A program made the position numbers and the translations under genes. Under the pieces are notes generated by a model. The model did no database searches and had not been told where the DNA came from. It was given only the letters and a program-made list of their open reading frames with translations. A stretch of DNA of 64,000 bases. Origin: the human T2T-CHM13v2.0 reference genome, Homo sapiens. Where the stretch lies: assembly GCF_009914755.1 (NCBI RefSeq), contig NC_060930.1. One strand, given 5' to 3'. Of the stretch, positions 1-15,500 are shown piece after piece; the first letter of the stretch is position 1, and each line of letters opens with the position of its first letter.

Positions 1-1620
<1,620 letters not shown>

Positions 1621-1624
1621 AAAT

Positions 1625-1940
1625 AGAACTAAAAGAAAGACGAACAGGTATTCAAGTACTGACTAACTGGAATTTTGGAAAGATGGAACAGGTAAAATTA
1701 TGGAAATTATCAAACAAGTGATGTAAGGCATTTTCAATGATGAAATTACTGAGTCTAAAATAGATAATAAAAAACTCTAAGGCATATATCATGAAACTTC
1801 AAAACACCAAGAGTAAATAAGAGCTCCTTTAGGTACCAAAATGAGAAATGAAGTCACCATCAAAAGTTCAGGTTGGGTATCAGTGTGGTACTGGATTTTG
1901 AAGCAGCAAATCTAGGCACCAAAACACAATGAAGCTCTGT
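1625..1940 (+). mobile_element. Ancient L1M/HAL1-type ORF1 remnant
   Basis: 'aggcatatatcatgaaacttcaaaacaccaag' resembles the RHIIMKFQNTK motif of old L1 ORF1; heavily degraded. Confidence 0.5.
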
Positions 1941-2519
1941 GAAGAAATCATGATAAAATAATCTTCCTAATATTTAATATTGGTCATCACACTTTGTTTA
2001 AATTTTTCAATCATTTCTCATAATGAGGGTTTAAGGTCCACAGTCCTAAGAATGGTGTGTCAGATCACTCCCAGGCTGAATCCAGGTGTCTTTCCCATGT
2101 TTCTGTCATCACTCTTCACATGAAAAATTAAGATTTTTATATAAGGCAAGTTATTTACCCAATGTTTCCCTGAACATTTTGTACATGTCCATGTCTTTTG
2201 CCTTAATGTAAGCCTGAGGGAAAGACACTTATTCTTTCTTCTATTCTTCTATTATTCTAATAATTCCACACCCAGTTCAAAAGTTCTCTCCTCCTTCAAG
2301 TCTTCCCCATCCCTCCTCTCATCCAAGTCAAGAACAATTAATCACTCTGCTGTGCTCCCGTGATTTAAAATAATAAGAGTTTTTCTATCCAATGTCATCA
2401 CATTATAACATAATAATAACATAATGTTATGTTATAACATAACATAAAAATCATAGAACATGATTTTTACCTTCCCCTCACAATTTCAAGCTCCTTGTGA
2501 GTATGGCTCATGTTTTTGC

Positions 2520-3411
2520 TTTATTATATTATTATATATTTAAATTTGCTTTATATACATAAGATCACAGCCAAGGAGGTTAACCATAATTTCACATTTT
2601 TGTACCAGCCACTTGTGCTTTTCACATTTGAAAATAATAATCATTCTGTTTGCTTCAAACAGTGATCTATAAATTTGTTTAGACAATAATTAAGGGCTTT
2701 TTCTTCTTTAGGATAATAAGAATATTAAATGATGTATTGAAGATACTACTAAAGAAATGACTTTTTGATTATAGTCTCTGCATTGAAGATTGGTAGGAAT
2801 TTTTCTAATTTTCAAATCTTCCCACAACCTCTTTATTCAAAGAAATATTGTCTTGGAAATAATTTGTGTGAAAAATTTACAAATCAAAAATTAACTCACA
2901 AGATGATATTACCATAATCACTCATTTAACAAGTCTCCTAAGTATTTTCTGTATCAGTTTTCTTGATTATAAAATGTCAATAATATGAACACACTCTTAA
3001 TGTAACAGAATATTTAATTACATCTGTTTCCCTCAACCCACCAAAGTCATTTAATAATTATATTGGCTGTTTTCACTGATTGGCAGGAGGCTCTTCCACT
3101 ATTGCCCCCCATGGTTTCCACTGCATCGTTTTTCTCACCACATTTAGTTCATTTTCAGCCTGATGAATCACCTCTTCTATTTGGCCATCTTGAAGTTGGT
3201 CTTCTAATTTTTTAACATCTGGTTCTACTTTAAGCATAGCTAGCTTCTCATTTGTAATCTGTTCTGTACACTTTTTATATGCTGCATTTTTAGGGATTTG
3301 CTCAAGAACATCAAGGATCTTTGTGTACAATATTCTTAGCCTCTCATGTGGATTCTCACATACAGCCAATCTCACAGGACCAGTAGTCTTCTTCAGCACA
3401 CCTTGTCCCAT
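2520..3411 (-). pseudogene. NDUFA5: NDUFA5 (complex I subunit B13) processed pseudogene, CDS 3073-3411 plus ~550 bp of 3'UTR
   Basis: Intronless [46 protein letters not shown]>TGA removes the last five residues; the original stop frame KQPI* is visible at ~3058-3072. The downstream AT-rich sequence resembles the NDUFA5 3'UTR as I recall it. Confidence 0.95.
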
Positions 3412-3492
3412 ATTTAATTACTCTTTGCATCCCAGTGCCTAGCTTCATGCCTGCATAAAGTGATAGTAAATATCTGTTAAATTGAAATGAAT
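3412..3492 (+). mobile_element. L2 3' tail (continues from ~2460-2515, interrupted by the NDUFA5 retrocopy)
   Basis: 'ctttgcatcccagtgcctagc...taaatatctgttaaattgaaatgaat'; the upstream half 'aagctccttgtgagtatggctcatgt' lies left of the retrocopy. Confidence 0.65.
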
Positions 3493-6400
3493 CAGTAAAC
3501 ATTCTAAAGTAAAAACCAAAACATCACAGCCACAGTAGGGCCTATAGGACATGTCTGAAATCTACTCAACATTTAATTAGTGGTTTCTTGGTAGATTGAT
3601 ATAGAAATTCAATTTTTCTCTGATCTGTGAACAAGACATTTCTTTTACCCATTAGCCAAATGTGCTATATCAACTAATTGGGGTGGGGTGATTTCTCTCT
3701 TCTAATAGATGTACACTTACTCCCATCAATATAGGGTGCTAAAACATTTTCATATTATCTTTTTGTTTTTCATTCTCCTAGAAAAGTCATTGTCAGAAGA
3801 GAACAGGGATGCAAGCTTAAAATTAGTTAAGTGAAAACAGGGTCATCTCTTGGAAATTTTATTAAAAAAATTTATAAAAAAAATTTTTATAAAAAAATTT
3901 TCTCCTGTTTGGCAGAGTTATAATTCTGCCATAACAGGTATCATAAAATTTATAAAAGAATAGGCACATTTACTTGGGGGCAATGCTCTAAAATTTCAAA
4001 TGATGGGAAACATGCCAACCTCTAACATGAATAAACTTTTATCAAAATGAGCTGCATATTTCAGTTTTCTAAATCTGGAATTAAAAAAAAAACAGGGACC
4101 ATTTTCTTCAAATGTTGAACAGCATCATGTTTGAGAGAAGACAGTTAATTTAAAACATTAGAGGAAAATTGATGGAGTTGTTAATGGAAAATGGAAGATT
4201 ACAGCTTTTAGTGACATGTTAGACAAGCACATTTAAACAATTTAAAAGTGCTTTTCCCCCACAGGATCACTTATGTCTCATTTCTGAGTTGTCAGTGTAT
4301 CTAATTCATTCCAGCTGCTTCTGATTAGTTCATCTTTTTGAAGCGATGCAGTTTCATTGTGATAAGAGAAATGTATCTTTTCTTATGCATACGCAAAAAA
4401 AGCTCTCAGCAGTATCCATCAAAGGTCCTTATGATGATTAAGCTACATTTCAAAGATAAGAGTCTGACCAAATAGCCAGGACATCAGAGATGAAGTTTTC
4501 AAATGACCAAGCATTTGAGAACTCTATGCATTCCACATCTTAAAAATCTTCAGGATTTTGCCTAGAAAAGTCTAATCCATGCATCACTCCTAAAAAAAAA
4601 TAAACAGACAAAAAGGTGTGTGTGTGTCTGTGGTGTTTCAAAGCAAGGAATATGTGACCCATATCTTATTTTATACTAAAGTTACTGTGTCATCCCAAAA
4701 GAAAGAAGGGTTCCAAGCTGCTGGAGTGGACCCAGACAAGGAGCACTGGTGGGTGAGTGTCTTTTCATTTGGAACTAAACAAGCAGAAGGTAGTGAGAGT
4801 TTGAATATCAGGTGCCTGCTATAATGTGTGAGGACAGAGCTTTGAACCAGAGCTGTAGAACTCAGTTTCACTGGGTGAGTTTGTCGGTATAGACCTTATA
4901 GAAACCATCCCACAGGAGATCACAGGTGACTTCTAGGAGGTGGTTGTACTCCTATACAATCTGACATGGAATTTTGGACTAAAAGTTGTCACTAGAGAAG
5001 AAAAGTGGATTCTCAGAGCTCATGGGGCTAAGAAAGGCAACATCAGATCCCCCAAAATACGGCCAAACAATTGTTCTATTCTGTCAAGTGTTAGCATTAC
5101 TGCCCTATCCAAAAACTCTCATTGCATACCTGGTAAGTGCAAATACATTTCCAACCACATTTTCATACTTCCTTTCTTCCTTAAAATCCATTTTCCCATT
5201 TTCTGAGAAGGCAGGGAGGCAAGTCTGTAAGTCTGTCTTCTCTCTGTGTGGGATCACTTGGGTAGAAAAAAGAACCAGCTCTTTCACCTTCAGAACTAGA
5301 GAATGAGCCTCTAACCAGATTACAACATTGGGCAAAAGTTTGATACTATTATTAAGTATATTGATTATATTTTGAAGACACTTTCTATCAGTGCTTCTTG
5401 AGAGTGAAACCTAAGGAAGAACCAGACACCTAGTGGCCCTGGCTGAGGTGGAGGCTTTAGCAGAGGGTCAGAAGCATTTCTTATTGAGTGACTGACAATG
5501 CATTTTAGAGAAGGAACCGGTATAGTCTGATCCTGAGACGATTTATCCAACAACATAGAGAGAGTGCCTACTGCTCAGTAACCTAGGAAATCAAATGCTA
5601 AACCCCATGGTTGAACATGAAACCCATTTAAAAAGTGATAGATTAAAGTATGCACGTATGGAAGATCAGAAGCTCAGTGTCTCTGCAGTTGTGAGGCTAT
5701 GTCAATCCTTTTTCTTCTCCCTTTTCTAAAACTCATAACACAACTGGCAGAGAAGCTGTCACTATAAAAATGGTTAGAGATAGATATTACTGGATTTTTT
5801 CACAAGGTGCAGGTGAGGTTTAATTTTGCAATATAAATTTTCCTTTGGGGTACCATTTGGAAAATTGTTTGCATAACTGTACCTGCTATAAAATGACAAC
5901 TTTTACATTTCTTAATGTCTGTTGACCTGCTGCTTTTACAGCAATCATAAGGTGTTTTTGTTGTTATTAATACAGTAATTGTTCATGATGGGTTTCTCCC
6001 AGAAAAGCTATCATTTACATTGCTTGATGATAATTCTCACTATTGCACTTTGTGTAATGAGAGAGCTATGTAGAGCTATTTGTCTATGTAGACAAAGGCA
6101 CCTGTTTTTCACATTTTCCTGTCCAAAGTACTAATTTTTCTTCTATACTATATACCTTTCTCTAGTGTTATATTGATACCATTCTCACTGGGCATCATAT
6201 TTAGGCTACTAGTCTTTAAATAATTAAAACTTATGTGCTCCAAGTTGACAGTAAAATGTTTTTCCAAAGCTAAAGGACAATAGTAGTTTTTCACCACCCA
6301 ACATTTAACTTATGATCATCAATCCCTAGATTCCAAAAAATTGAAAAAAGTCAAGCATCAAGACCACTTCAAAGGTTGACAATGAAGACAGAAAAATATT

Positions 6401-7282
6401 TAGCACTTAGAAAGCACTGGAACTGGGGTTTACCTTGACCTCCTGAAAGAAACAAGATAAAGACAGAGCTTGGGCAGCATGTTCCAGGACACCTGACAAA
6501 GTTGGGTCTCTTTGGATGTGTATAGCATTCCTCATCCTGGCTCCCATTTTTATGACTTCTCCAGATTTGGTAGCATTAAATATTTCTGCATAGAAGATGC
6601 TTGGTTCCTGACCAGGAAATAAAACATTTATCAGTGTAAAGGAATTGTTAGCCAAAATATGAAAATGCTCCATGACTATATAGGTACTGGAATTTAAACT
6701 CAGGAGTGTTTGACTCCAAGGTTAAATTTTTGTACCCTATGTTCTGCTGCTTCTCTAACAATGTGCCTGAAGTGCTATCTGGGGGCCTGCTTGCCATGAC
6801 TCAAGGAATAAATGATAGCCATGGAGAGGGACCGGGCAACAACTAAAGGGATTGATAGGCTGCTACAATTGTGGTTTGTCAGATGCTTGTTTCTTTGCAA
6901 TGTTTAGATAGAATGCAGCTGGGAGGTTCTGGATAAATGCAGTATTTATTGTTAGCTATGGCTCACTGCCTATAATTGCTAATATACTTGCTTTCCATAA
7001 TGAGATGGAGCTGAGGAACAAATACCCTTCAGAAATCCTTTTGCCTCCTTTCTTTAAACATTAGGGAAGAGCTAGTCTAAGTAGTCCATTATGCTTCCTG
7101 GTACCAGGACTCCAACCTGATCCCGCTCAATCATTTGAGCTGAGGGGGTCTTCAAAATGAAAGGCACAACCCCACTATTCAGTAGTGAACTGTAAAAGAA
7201 AATAAATGTAAAAAGAGTATTTACAGGAGTTGGGAAAGAGTTTTTGTGTCTGCAGGAGTTGGGAAAGAGTTTTTGTGTGTAA

Positions 7283-7378
7283 GTAATACCCTCTGCTCTA
7301 TCAGGTATTACTTATAATACCTGATACAATGTAAATGCTCTAAAATAATTGTTATACTAAATATGGAGGGTCAGTTTT
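7283..7378. mobile_element. Internally deleted MER2/Tigger-type fragment
   Basis: 'ttacttataatacctgatacaatgtaaatgct...ttgttatact' core with TIR-like ends 'ccctctg' and 'atggagggtcag'. Confidence 0.55.
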
Positions 7379-7769
7379 ATTCTGGTACTTATGTATTTTC
7401 TCAGGGCATCCAGAGCACTTGCCATTCCTAGTTCCCCAGGTCCAGTTGGCATGATGTCATCAGTATGTGCATCAGTGGGACATGTAGCAGCTTGCTCGGC
7501 TGACCAAAAGTTCTGTAGACTATATTACAAGCAGAGAGCAGGAAAATTTCACATAACCTAGGGCAAGACGGTGAATGTGTTCAAAACTCTAATTTAAAAT
7601 TGGTAGGATGATATATTTTAGAAACATTTTCATCAATATGATCAAAATTTTAATGATTAGCACTTAAGCTTCAATTTTGTAGAAAATTCACATATGTAAG
7701 GTGTCTCATTTCCTGATAAAGTCCACTAAATAAAATACATGGAGTGAATTTATTTTTGGATTTTTTCTC

Positions 7770-10700
7770 TTTTATTGATATATAATATTTTCATATTTAT
7801 GGAGTACATGTGTTCATTACATGCATAGAATATGTAATCATCAAGTCATGATTTTGGGGTTGCCATCACCTTGAGTGTTTATGATTTTTATTTATTGGTA
7901 TGATTTTAAGTTCTCTCTTCTAGTTACTTTGAAATATATGTAATATTGTTGCTAAGTATAGTCACCATAGTCTGCTATTAAATATTAGAACTTCTTCTGT
8001 CTAACTGTATGTTAGTACTCATAACCAGTTTCTCTTCATTCCCCTTTCCTCATCTACTCTTCCCAGTCTCTGGTATCTATCATTCTATTCTCTATGTCCA
8101 CAAGATCAAATTTTCTAGCCTTCACATATGAGTGAGAAGATATGATATTTGTCTTTCTGTGCCTGACTTATTTTACTTAACATAACCTCTAGTTTCATCC
8201 ATGTTGCTGAAAATGACATGATTTATTTTTTTTAATGGCTTAATAGTATTCCATTGTGTATATATACCACATTTTCTTCATCCATTAGTCTGTTGGTGAG
8301 CGCTTAGGTTGCTTCCAAATCTTGGCTACTGTGAATAATGCTGCAATAAACATGTCAGTGCAGGCATCCCTTTGATATAGCTGATTTCTTTTCCTTCGGA
8401 TAGCTGCCCAGTAGTGAGATTGCTGGATTATATGGTAGTTCTATTTTTACTTTTCTTGAGAAATCTCCATACCATTTTCCATAGTGATGTACTAATTCAC
8501 ATTTGCACCAACAGCATGTAAGAGCTTTTCTCCACATCCTCATTAGTATCTGTTATTATTTGTCTTCTTAATCACAGCCATTCTGACTGAGATAAGATGA
8601 TATCTCATTGTGGTTTTGATTTGCATTTCACTAATGATTAGTGATAATGAGCATTTTTTATATACATGTTGGCCATTTGTATGTCTTCTTTTAAGATACG
8701 TCTATTCATGTCATTGGCCCATTTTTAAATGAGATTATTTGTTTTATTACTCTTGAGTTGTTTGAGTTAGACTTGTATATTCTGGATATTAGTCCCCTGT
8801 TGTAAGAGTAAATTGCAATTATTTTCTCCTATTCAAGAGGTTGTTCCTTCACTCTTTCGGTTGTTTCTTTTGCTGTACAGAAGAATTTTAGTTTAATTAA
8901 AACCCATTGTCTTTTTTTTTTTGTCTGTGCTTTTGAGGTCTTAGCCATAAAATCTTTGTCTAGACCAATGTCCTAAAGAGTTTTCTCTACATTTTCCTCT
9001 AGTAGTCTTATAGTTTCAGGTCTTATGTTTAAGTCTTTAACCCATCTTGAGTTGACTTTTGTATGTGGTGAGAGATAGGGGTTCAGTCTCATTATTCTGT
9101 ATACAGTTATCCAATTTTCCCAGCACCATTTATTGAAGAGTGTCCTTCCTCAAGGACACTGTTTGGGGCAGCTTTGTTGAAGACTGGCTGTATATATGTA
9201 GATTTATTTCTGGGTTCTTTATTCTGTTTCATTTTGTCTATGCATTTATTTTTATACCAATAGCATGCTGTTTTGTTTACTATCACCTTGTAATATATTT
9301 TGAAGTCAAGCAGTTTGATGCCTCTAGCTTTGTTCTTTCTGCTTAGTATTGTTTTGGCTATTTGGGCTCTTCTTTGGTTCCTTACAAATTTAGGACTGTT
9401 TTTACTATTTTTGTAACAAATGACATTAATGTTTTTATAGGACTGCATTGAATTCATAGACTGTTATTGGGAATATGGTAATTTTAATGATATTAATTCT
9501 TCCAATCCATGAGCATGAAATGTCCTTTATTGTGTGTCCTCTTTAATATCTTTCATCATTTTTTTTTGAATTTTAATTGTAGCAATCTCTCACCTACTTG
9601 ATTAAATTTTGTTCTTATATTGTTATTTGTAGCTACTGTAAATCGGATTGCCTTCTTGATTTCTCTTTTGGCTATTTCATTGTTGGTGTATAAAAATGCT
9701 ACTGATTTTTGTATGCTGATTTTGCATCCTGCAAATTTATTGAATTTTTTAATCACTTCTAAGAGTTTTTTTGGTGGAATCTTTTGTTTTTTCTAGATAT
9801 AAAATTATGTCATCTTCAAAAGGAGACAATTTGATTTCCTCTTTTCCAACCGGATGCATTTTACTTCTTTTTTTTTGCTTGATTGTTCAGCTAGGAGTTC
9901 AAGTACCATCTTGAATAGGAATGAAGAAAGTGAGCATACTTGTCTTGTTCCAGTTCTTAGAGAAAATGCTTTCAACTTTTATCTACTCGGCATAATGTTA
10001 GCTGTGGATTTGTCATATATGACCTTTATTATTTTGAGGTATGGTCCAACCATGCCTAGTTTGTTGAGAATTTTTATCATAACGAGGTATTGAATTTTAT
10101 CAAATGCTTTTTCTGTGTCTATTAAGATGATGATATGGTTTTTGTTCTTCATTCTGTTGATGTGATATATCACTTTTTTTTTATTTGTATATGTGAAATC
10201 TTCCTTGCATCCTTGGGATAAATTCTACTTGATTATGTTGTATTATCTTTTTGGTGTATTGTTGGATTTGATTTGCTGACAGTTTGTTGAGGATTTTTGC
10301 ATCTATGTTCATCAGAAATATTTGCCTGTAGTTTTCTTTTTTGTTGTATCCTTGTCTGGTTTCAGTATCGGAATAATGCAGGCCTTGTAGAATGAGTTAG
10401 GGAGAATACCTTCCTCTTCAATTGTTTAGAATACTTTGAGGAGGAGAATTAATATTTATTCTTTTCATATTTGCTAGAATTCAGCATTGAATCTATCCAG
10501 TATTGGGCTCTTCTTTGTTTGGAGAATTTTTATTACTGAGTCAGTCTCGCTACTTATTATTGGACTGTCAGGTTTTCCAGCCCTTTTGATTTAATCATTG
10601 TAGGTTATTTTTCCAGGGACTTATCCATTTCCTCTAGGTTTTTCTATTTGTTAGTATATAGTTATCACAGTCTCTGATGATCTTTTGTGTTTCTGTGTTA

Positions 10701-11880
10701 TTGTAGTGTCTCCTTTTTCATTTCTGATTTTCTTTGTCTTTTTGTTAGTCTAGTTAAAAGTTTATCAATTTTTATCTCTTTAAAACAACTTTTCACTTCT
10801 TTTTTGTATTTTTTTAAGTCTCTATTTTGTTTAGTTGTGCTCTGATCTTTATTGTTTATTTTTTTTCTGTTAATTTTGGGTTTGGTTTGTTCTTGCTTTT
10901 GTAGTTCCTTGAGGTGCATCGTTAGATTATTTATTTAAAATCTTTCTGTTTTGTTGATATAGGTGTTTATTACTATAAACTTCCCTCTTAGCGCAGCTTT
11001 TGCTGTGTCCCACAGGTTAGTATGTTGTGTTTCCATTTTCATTTATTTCAAGAAATTTTTTGATTTTCATTTTCTTTATTCACCCAATAGTTGTTCAGGA
11101 ATGTTGTTTAATTTCCATATATTTGTATAGTTTCCAAAGTTTTCCTTGGTAGTGATTTTTAGTTTTGTTCCATTGTGGTCTGAGAAGATACATGATATGA
11201 TTTTGATATTTAAAAAATTTTTGAGACTTTTTCAGCAGCCTAATATGTGATCAATTCTGGAGAATGTTCCATGGGCTGATGAGATAAATGTATTCTGCAG
11301 TTGTTGGATATAATGTTCTGTAAATACCTGTAAGGTCTATTTGGTCTGAAGTCTAATTTAAGTCCAATGTTTAATGTTGATTTTGTGTCTAGTTGATCTG
11401 TCTAATGCTGAGAGTGAGGATTATATATCTTTCTTTAGATCTAGTGATATTTTCTTTATTAATCTGGGTGCTCCAGTGTTGGGTGCATATATATTTAGAA
11501 TTATATCCCCTTGCTCAATTGATCCATTTATTATTATAAAATAACTTTTGCTTTTTAAAAACCGTTTTTGACTTAAATTCTGTTTTACCTAAGTGTACCT
11601 ACTCTTGCTTGCTTTTGGTTTCCATTGGCATGGAATATCTTTTTCCATCTCTTCATATTCAGTCTATATGTACTTTACAGGTAAAGTGTTTCCTGCTGGC
11701 AGCATATATTTGGATACTGTTTTTTTTTAAATATGTATATATAGTCAATCTATATCTTTCAAGTACAGAATTTAATTTACTTACATTCAGAGTTCCTATT
11801 GATATGTGAGACTTTGTTCCTGTTACATTTTGTTTCCTAGTTGTTTCATATGTTCTTTTTTCCTTCCTTTTTTCTTGCAT
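7770..11880 (-). mobile_element. Old L1 (L1MA3-like), 3'UTR plus degraded ORF2
   Basis: L1MA-type 3' end at 7770-8200; several minus-strand ORF2 fragments (8355, 9107, 9556, 9979, 10698, 11659). Confidence 0.88.
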
Positions 11881-12512
11881 ATATTTTTAAAGTTAAAAAA
11901 ATTATTTTAATTTTTGTGAGTACATAATAGGGGTAAGTATTTATGGAGTATGTGAGATGTTTTGCTACAGGCAATGCATACTAATCACATCATGTAAAAT
12001 GGGGTATCCATCTCCTCCTGCATTTATCCATTGTATGACAAATGGTCTACTGACACTCACTTGGTTATTTGAAAATGTAAAATTAAATTATTATTATAGT
12101 CACCCAGTTGTGCTATCAAATACTAGATCTTATTCATTCTTTCCATTATTGTTGAATCCATTAACCATTCCCACCTCTCCGCCAGCTCCCAACTATACTT
12201 CCTCACTCTGGTAACCATCTTTCAACTCTTTATCTCCATGAGTTCAACTGCTTTGATTTTTAGGTCTTACAAATAAGTGAGAACATGCAATGTCTGTATT
12301 TCAGTGCCTGGCTTATTTAACTTAGCATAATGACCTCCAGTTCCATCCGTGTTGTTGTAAATGATAGGATCTCATCCTTTTTATGGCTGAATAGTACTCC
12401 ATTGTGTATATGTACCACATTTTCTTTATTCATTCATCTGTTAATAGACACTTAGGTTGCTCCCAAATTTTGGCTGTTGTGAACAGTGCTGCAACAAACA
12501 TGGAAATGAAGA

Positions 12513-15500
12513 TTTTTTTATTATGTTATACTTTAAGTTCTGGGATACATGTGCAGAATATGCAGGTTTGTTACATAGGTATACATGTGCCATGGTGGTT
12601 TGCTTCACTCATCAACCTGTCATCTACATTAGGTTTCTCTCTTAATGCTATCACTCCCCTAGCCCTGCACCCCCCGACAGGACCCAGTGTGTGATGTTCC
12701 CCTCCCTGTGTCAATGTGTTCCCATTGTTCTACTCCAACTTATGAGTGAGAACATGCAGTGTTTGATTTTCTGTTCCTGTGTTAGTTTGCTGAGAATGAT
12801 GGTTCCCAGCTTCATCCACGTCACTGCGGAGGACATTAACTCATCCTTTTTATGGCTGCATAGTATTCCATGATGTATATGTGCCAGATTTTCTTTATCT
12901 AGTCTACCATCAATGGGCATTTGGGTTGGTTCCAAGTCTTTGCTATTGTGAACAGTGTCACAATAAACATATGTGTGCATGTGTCTTTATAGTAGAATGA
13001 TTTATAATACTTTCGGTATATATCCAGTGATGGTATTTCTGGGTCAAATGGTATTTCTGGTTCTAGTTCCTTGAGGAATCACCACACTGTCTTCCACAAT
13101 GGTTGAACTAATTTACACTCTCACCAACAGTGTAAAAGTGTTCCTGTTTCTCCACATCCTCTCCAGCATCTGTTGTTGCCTGACTTTTTAATGATCACCA
13201 TTCTAACTGGTGGGAGATGGTATCCCATTGTGGTTTTGATTTGCATTTCTCTAATGACCAGTGATGATGAGATTTTTATCATATGTTTGTTGGCTGCATA
13301 AATGTCTCCCTTTGAGAAATGTCTGTTCATATCCTTCACCCACTTTTTGATGGGGTTGTTTGCTTTTTCTTGTAAATTTGTTTGAGTTCTTTGTAGATTC
13401 TGGATATTAGCCCTTTGTCAGATAGATTGCAAAAATTTTCTCCCATTTTGTAAGTTGCCTGTTCACTCTGATGATAGTTTCTTTTGCTGTGCGGAAGCTC
13501 TTTACTTTAATTAGATCCCATTTGTCAATTATGGCTTCTGTTGCCATTGCTTTTTGTGTTTCAGTCATGATGTCTTTGCCCATGCCTATGTCCTGAATGG
13601 TATTGCCTTGGTTTTCTTCTAGGGTTTTTATGGTTTTAGGTCTAACGTTTAAGTCTTTAATCCATCTTGAGTTATTTTTTGTATAAGGTGTAATGAAGGG
13701 GTCCAGTTTCAGTTTTCTGCATATGGCTAGCCGGTTTCTGCAGCACCATTTATTAAATAGGGAATCCTTGCCCCATTGCTTATTTTTGTCAAGTTTGTCC
13801 AAGACCAGATGGTTGTAGATGTGTGGCATTATTTCTGAGATCTCTTTTCTGTTCCATTGGTCTATGTATCTGTTTTGGTACCAGTACCATGCTGTTTTGG
13901 TTACTGTAGCCTTGTAGTATAGTTTGATGTCAGGTAGCATGATGTCTCCAGCTTTGTTCTTTTTGCTTAGGATTCCCTTGGCTATACAGGCTCTTTTTTG
14001 GTTCCACGTGAAATTTAAAGTAATTTTTTCTAATTCTGTGGAGAAAATCAATGGCAGCTTGCTGGGGATAGTACTGAGTCTATAAATTACTTTGGGCAGT
14101 ATGACCGTTTTCACAATATTGATTCTTTTTATCCATGAGCATGAAATGTTTTTGCATTTGTTTGTGTCCTCTCTTATTTCCCTGAGCAGTGGTTTGTAGT
14201 TCTCCTTGAAGTGGTTCTTCACATCCCTTGTAAATTGTATTCCTAGGTATTTTATTCGCTGTGTAGCAATTATGAATGGGCATTCACTTATGATTTGGCT
14301 GTCTGTCTATTATTGGTGTATAGGAATGCTTGTGATTTTGCACATTGAATTTGTATCCTGAGACTTTGCTGAAGTTGCTTATCAGCTTAAGGAGATTTTG
14401 GGCTGAGACAGTGGAGTTTTCTAAATGTACAGTCATGTCCTCTGCAAACAGAGACAATTTGACTTCCTCTCTTCTATTTTTTTCTTTTTTTTAAATTATT
14501 ATTATTATACTTTAAGTTTTAGGGTACATGTGCACAATGTGCAGGTTTGTTACATATATATACATGTGCCATGTTGGTGTGCTGCACCCATTAACTCGTC
14601 ATTTAGCATTAGGTATATCTCCTAATGCTATCCCTCCCCCCTCCCCCCACCCCACAACAGTCCCCAGAGTGTGATGTTCCCCTTCCTGTGTCCATGTGTT
14701 CTCATTGTTCAATTCCCACCTATGAGTGAGAACATGTGGTGTTTGGTTTTTTGTCCTTGCGATAGTTTGCTGAGAATGATGGTTTCCAGTTTCATCCATG
14801 TCCCTACAAAGGACATGAACTCTTCATTTTTTATGGCTGCATAGTATTCCATGGTGTATATGTGCCACATTTTCTTAATCCAGTCTATCGTTGTTGGACA
14901 TTTGGGTTGGTTCCAAGTCTTTGCTATTGTGAATAGTGCTGCAATAAACATACGTGTGCATGTGTCTTTATAGCAGCATGATTTATAATCCTTTGGGTAT
15001 ATACCCAGTAATGGGATGGCTGGGTCAAATGGTATTTCTAGTTCTAGATCCCTGAGGAATCGCCACATCACACCTATTCCAAAATTGACCACGTAGTTGG
15101 AAGTAAAGCACTCCTCAGCAAATGTAAAAGAACAGAAATTATAACTCTCTTCCTTTTTTAATACACTTTATTTATTTCTCTTTCCTGATTGCCTTGTCCT
15201 GAACTTCCAATACTATGTTGAATAGGAGTGGCTAGAGAGGGCATCCTTGTCTTGTGCTGGTTTTCAAAAGGAATGCTTCCACATTTTGCCCATTTGGTTT
15301 GATATTGGCTGTGGGTTTGTCATAAATAGCTCTCATCATTTAGAAATACATTCCATCAATACCTAGCTTATTGATAGTTTTTAGCATGTAGGGTTGGTGA
15401 ATTTTATTAAAGACCTTTTTTGCCTCTACTGAGATAATCATGTAGCTATTGTCATTGGTTCTGTTTATGTAACGGATTACGTTGAATATTGGCCCCCTCT

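Noticed and set aside
4618-5556. Cluster of overlapping short ORFs
   Set aside because: No recognisable family, mostly non-ATG starts, lengths expected by chance.
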